The position numbers and the translations under genes are program-made. A stretch of 64,000 bases of DNA from Gammaproteobacteria bacterium (GTDB lineage Bacteria > Pseudomonadota > Gammaproteobacteria > Eutrophobiales > Eutrophobiaceae). Below are positions 60,707-64,000 of this stretch, one piece after another. Location: contig OZ220696.1 of the NCBI GenBank assembly GCA_965116495.1, positions 3,968,001-4,032,000 on the forward strand, read 5' to 3'. The notes beneath the pieces are model-generated. The model was not told the DNA's origin, made no database searches, and saw nothing but the letters and a program-made list of their open reading frames with translations. Numbering within the stretch: position 1 is the stretch's first letter; every line of letters begins with the position of its first letter.

Positions 60707-61954
60707 CTAGTGGTCGTGCGACGCGCCGGATTTTTCGATATCGGCTTTGATGATGTAGCTGTTCTCAGTCACGTATTCTGTGCCAGGCTCCAATCCACCC
60801 AACACTTCCACCCAGGGGCCCGCTTCACGGCCCAGCTCCAGCATCCGTACCTCATATTCTTCTCCAACCTTGGCATAAACGACGGTGAAGTCACGGAAAC
60901 TCTGCAAGCCGCTGCGTTTTACCGCCAGTGGCGCGTCAACGGTGTCGACTTCGATATCGCCGCGGACAAACAGCCCGGCACTCAACAACCCATTGTTGTT
61001 AATTTCGGCCAGGAATAGCCGCGCCTGATCACTGCGCAAAGCCGCTCTCGATCCACTGACGGTACTGCTCAGTGGCGCATCAACACCGTTAATCGACAGG
61101 GTTACCGGAGCGCCAACGTTGACCTTACTTCTGTCCGCCGGATAAATCGCCAATTCGGCCAGAAGGGTATCGGTATTGGTCATTTCCAATAATGTGCGCC
61201 CGGCCGTTTGCTCACCGGCACTTGTAAATTGCTCGCTGACCACACCAGCCATGGGTGCCTGAATCGGATAGGTTTTCAGGCTCTCATTGCTTTCTACCGT
61301 AATCAGTACCTGGCCTTTGCTGACCGAATCTCCGAGGCTGACGTGCATCTGTTTGATTACACCGTCAAAGCGGGCCTGAATCTGCCGTTTGGCACTTGGG
61401 GGATAAACGAGCTTGCCATAAACCCGGATGGTCTGATGCAGAGTGGCACTGCCAGCGGTTTCTGTGCCAATACCCATGGCTTTAGCGACGCCGTCGCCTA
61501 TGAGGGTACGGCCTTCAAAGTTGTCGTATTCCCAGCGATAGGTTTTGCCTTGGTATTGCGCGATAAGGGTGACGACAAATGAATGCGGTTCGTAAATCAC
61601 CGTATCGCCACGCAGGTAGTCCCCTTCGGCTCTAAAACGGATATCGTCAACGACATTGCCCAGGCGTGTGAGCTTGACCTGAAGGTCCACCGCATCGGGT
61701 GATACCGCTTCACCGTCATCACTTACCCAGACACGAAATTCCGGTGGTACGCCGGTTTCAAAAACAGCCAGCTCCACCGCAAAATCGCCATCGCGCAACA
61801 TCCAACCCCGGTGCGGCCCTTTTTCGGGTTCTGCTTCCTGAGCCCCCGACTCTGAGGCAGCGGCGGCGATTGAAGGCAGAAACATGGCGCCCAGTACTAC
61901 CTGGCACACCAGGAATAATCGTAGAGCATAGCGGTTCATAATGGTTTCTCTCAC
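60707..61954 (-). CDS. czcB: CzcB-like periplasmic adaptor with an N-terminal metal-binding extension
   Basis: KGPHRG, EPHSF, C-terminal KADIEKSGASHDH. Confidence 0.9.
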   Translation of the reverse strand: MRETIMNRYALRLFLVCQVVLGAMFLPSIAAAASESGAQEAEPEKGPHRGWMLRDGDFAVELAVFETGVPPEFRVWVSDDGEAVSPDAVDLQVKLTRLGNVVDDIRFRAEGDYLRGDTVIYEPHSFVVTLIAQYQGKTYRWEYDNFEGRTLIGDGVAKAMGIGTETAGSATLHQTIRVYGKLVYPPSAKRQIQARFDGVIKQMHVSLGDSVSKGQVLITVESNESLKTYPIQAPMAGVVSEQFTSAGEQTAGRTLLEMTNTDTLLAELAIYPADRSKVNVGAPVTLSINGVDAPLSSTVSGSRAALRSDQARLFLAEINNNGLLSAGLFVRGDIEVDTVDAPLAVKRSGLQSFRDFTVVYAKVGEEYEVRMLELGREAGPWVEVLGGLEPGTEYVTENSYIIKADIEKSGASHDH

Positions 61955-61967
61955 GGTAGCGGCGTCC

Positions 61968-63272
61968 TTAGAATGTCAGCGTGGTACCGGTGAGGCGCTG
62001 AAGTTCGATATGTTGTAAATGGATCGCTTCAAAGGCACTTAACAGATCCTGTTGCGCGCCCAGTTTTTTATTCAGAAGGATGATCCACTGCTGATAACCC
62101 AGCTTGCCGGTTTCATAGGCATGCGTGGCCTGTGCATGGGCAGTGTTTAAGGCGGGGATAATTCGCTTTTGCAGCGTTTCAATTACATGATGGCTGTGTT
62201 TAATTTCCTGGAGCAGGACATAAAGCTGCGTATCCAACTGGCGTTGCAGTGCTTCGGATTCACTGGCAAATTCAGCCTGCCTGGCCTGAAGGCTTCTGAT
62301 TTTCCCGGTGCTACTGCGGTCCTTACCGAGCGGCACAGAAACACCGGCTAACATGCCGAAATCATTGCTTGCCTCCAAACGCCGAACACCAACCGAAAAC
62401 TGCCACTGCGGCTTGGCCTCAATTCTGGCAAGCTCTATTTCTGATTCTGCAATACGCTGCTGGTTCGCCAGCAATGCCAATGTGGGGTTTTGTTTCAGTT
62501 GATCAAATTGCTGTTCAACACTTCCCAGTGTTGGAATGGTAAGAAGCTCACCCACTAACCGAAAGTCATTACGCTCACCACCCCATTGCGCGCGCAACTG
62601 GTAACGCGTTGACGTCAGCACGTGCTGCAGGTCTTCGGCCTCCAATTCCCTTTGCGCCATTTCCACCTCCGCCTGGAGACGTTCGAATTCCGGGCTTTTA
62701 CCGGCCTCGACCCGCTTTTTGAGGGCGTTGACGGTGCTTCTGGCCTGTTGTTGCGCCTGTCGAGCCAGCGTTAAACGCTGTTCTTCGACCAGTGTCTGAA
62801 CAAATAACCGGGCAGTCTGAGCAGACAGGTCAAGCGCTTTGATTTGTCGTTGGATATCCACCTGAGTGGAGGTAACCTGTGCTGCCTGAATCCGTTGATC
62901 GATTCGTGCTCCTTGCATTACCCAACTAATGGATAACGTAGACTGAGCGCTATCAAAGCCGTTGTAATCACCATCACCACCAAAATCTTCAATTATTAAG
63001 CCGATACCGGGCCGCTGTCCCACGCTGACTTGTTCTACCAAGCCTTGATACGCTTCGCGTTGGTGGAGAAACGTACCCAACTGTGGATGCTGTTCCAAAG
63101 TGAGTCGCACCGCTTTCTCCAGTGACAACAGGGTGGGTTCTGACTCACTCTGTGCGTGAACAGCTGAAACAGTTAGGCACATTGCAGCGAAAACGACTAC
63201 AGACAACCCAAATGGCCTCATAAACCGATTGGCAATCGGTATTTTTTGCAAACTGAAAGAGCACAGATTCAT
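61968..63272 (-). CDS. czcC: CzcC/TolC outer-membrane factor
   Basis: signal peptide, helical OMF repeats (RVEAGKSP, AYETGK); first gene of the CBA operon. Confidence 0.85.
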   Translation of the reverse strand: MNLCSFSLQKIPIANRFMRPFGLSVVVFAAMCLTVSAVHAQSESEPTLLSLEKAVRLTLEQHPQLGTFLHQREAYQGLVEQVSVGQRPGIGLIIEDFGGDGDYNGFDSAQSTLSISWVMQGARIDQRIQAAQVTSTQVDIQRQIKALDLSAQTARLFVQTLVEEQRLTLARQAQQQARSTVNALKKRVEAGKSPEFERLQAEVEMAQRELEAEDLQHVLTSTRYQLRAQWGGERNDFRLVGELLTIPTLGSVEQQFDQLKQNPTLALLANQQRIAESEIELARIEAKPQWQFSVGVRRLEASNDFGMLAGVSVPLGKDRSSTGKIRSLQARQAEFASESEALQRQLDTQLYVLLQEIKHSHHVIETLQKRIIPALNTAHAQATHAYETGKLGYQQWIILLNKKLGAQQDLLSAFEAIHLQHIELQRLTGTTLTF

Positions 63273-63297
63273 TCATCAGCCTTCTTGATTTAAAAAA

Positions 63298-64000
63298 TTA
63301 GTGGGAAAAAATCACTTCGATCAGATGGTGCAAGGTATCAACCCCGGCGAATGACAGGGTCATTGTTACCATCATGATCAACAGGCAGTGTATCCAGGGA
63401 AACGATCGAAATTTTTGCGGTGCCACCAAAGCTCTAACCCGCACATCAATGTCGTCGGTAATAAAATAGTTTATGCTGACCGTATTCACACTGTTCCCAG
63501 AGAAGCGCCGAATTTTGGCCGCGTTAACCAGGGTTTGGGCGACATCGAAAGCACTGTAGGATTGACTGACGTGTGCATCAGCCAATTGCTCAGTGGCCAG
63601 CGAGAACAACCGATTTAATCGCTGTGTTATTGGCTTCGGGTAAAGCGATGCCAATAGCGCAAAAAACAATTTTTTCTGGGTATCTTTGTGCTTAATATGC
63701 GCTCGCTCATGGGCAAGAATGATATCCAGCTCCGCCTCGGTGACCTGCCCGATAAGACCGGTTGTCACGTAACACTTGGGACTTAACAGACCTGCGGTGA
63801 ACGCTACCGGGGTGCGGGATTCAAGCACAATAATGTCCCGCCCAATTTTCCACTGCCTGGAATTGCTCTGAGTCCGACTACCGGGGCTCTCCTTAGAAAG
63901 GCGTGTCAGTAAATCCAGTGCGTTCAAGTGGCGAGCTGCACCTAGCCCGTTCTTAATGAACACATACGCAGTACCCAGCATAAACAGGCACAGTGCCGCT
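63298..64000 (-). CDS. M56 (BlaR1-like) metallopeptidase, partial (runs off window end)
   Basis: AFTAGL..P, HERAH, EQLAD. Confidence 0.85.
   Translation of the reverse strand, partial: AALCLFMLGTAYVFIKNGLGAARHLNALDLLTRLSKESPGSRTQSNSRQWKIGRDIIVLESRTPVAFTAGLLSPKCYVTTGLIGQVTEAELDIILAHERAHIKHKDTQKKLFFALLASLYPKPITQRLNRLFSLATEQLADAHVSQSYSAFDVAQTLVNAAKIRRFSGNSVNTVSINYFITDDIDVRVRALVAPQKFRSFPWIHCLLIMMVTMTLSFAGVDTLHHLIEVIFSH

Overview
A fairly GC-rich bacterial chromosomal window, most likely gammaproteobacterial (inferred from the ffs-dnaX-ybaB-recR and orn core genes and the TonB receptors). It is dominated by catabolic and accessory genes. In order: a NicX-like dioxygenase and acyl-CoA dehydrogenase/SDR clusters; a compact serine-cycle operon (sga-mcl-mtkAB-hpr-ppc); an adjacent GntR-controlled 9-gene uptake/catabolic operon (TBDR, MFS, sulfatase, dehydratase, reductase, Hyi, FAH, MDR, VOC); a sulfite-oxidase/cytochrome c/FIST unit; the core ffs-dnaX-ybaB-recR/orn block; an uncharacterised FAD-oxidoreductase/nitrilase/TBDR/PhyH cluster; an AbiE pair; a complete IS1634-family element; and a czcCBA metal-efflux block. 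Two patterns are not explained by the gene list. (i) Several distinct short palindromic repeat families fill the intergenic spaces, and one sits in-frame inside ppc. (ii) There are many clean deletion scars: a hydantoinase B/SDR chimera, a PPC/RTX remnant, and several toxin-antitoxin pairs that have lost most of one partner. All assignments are from motif recognition only; no database searches were run.
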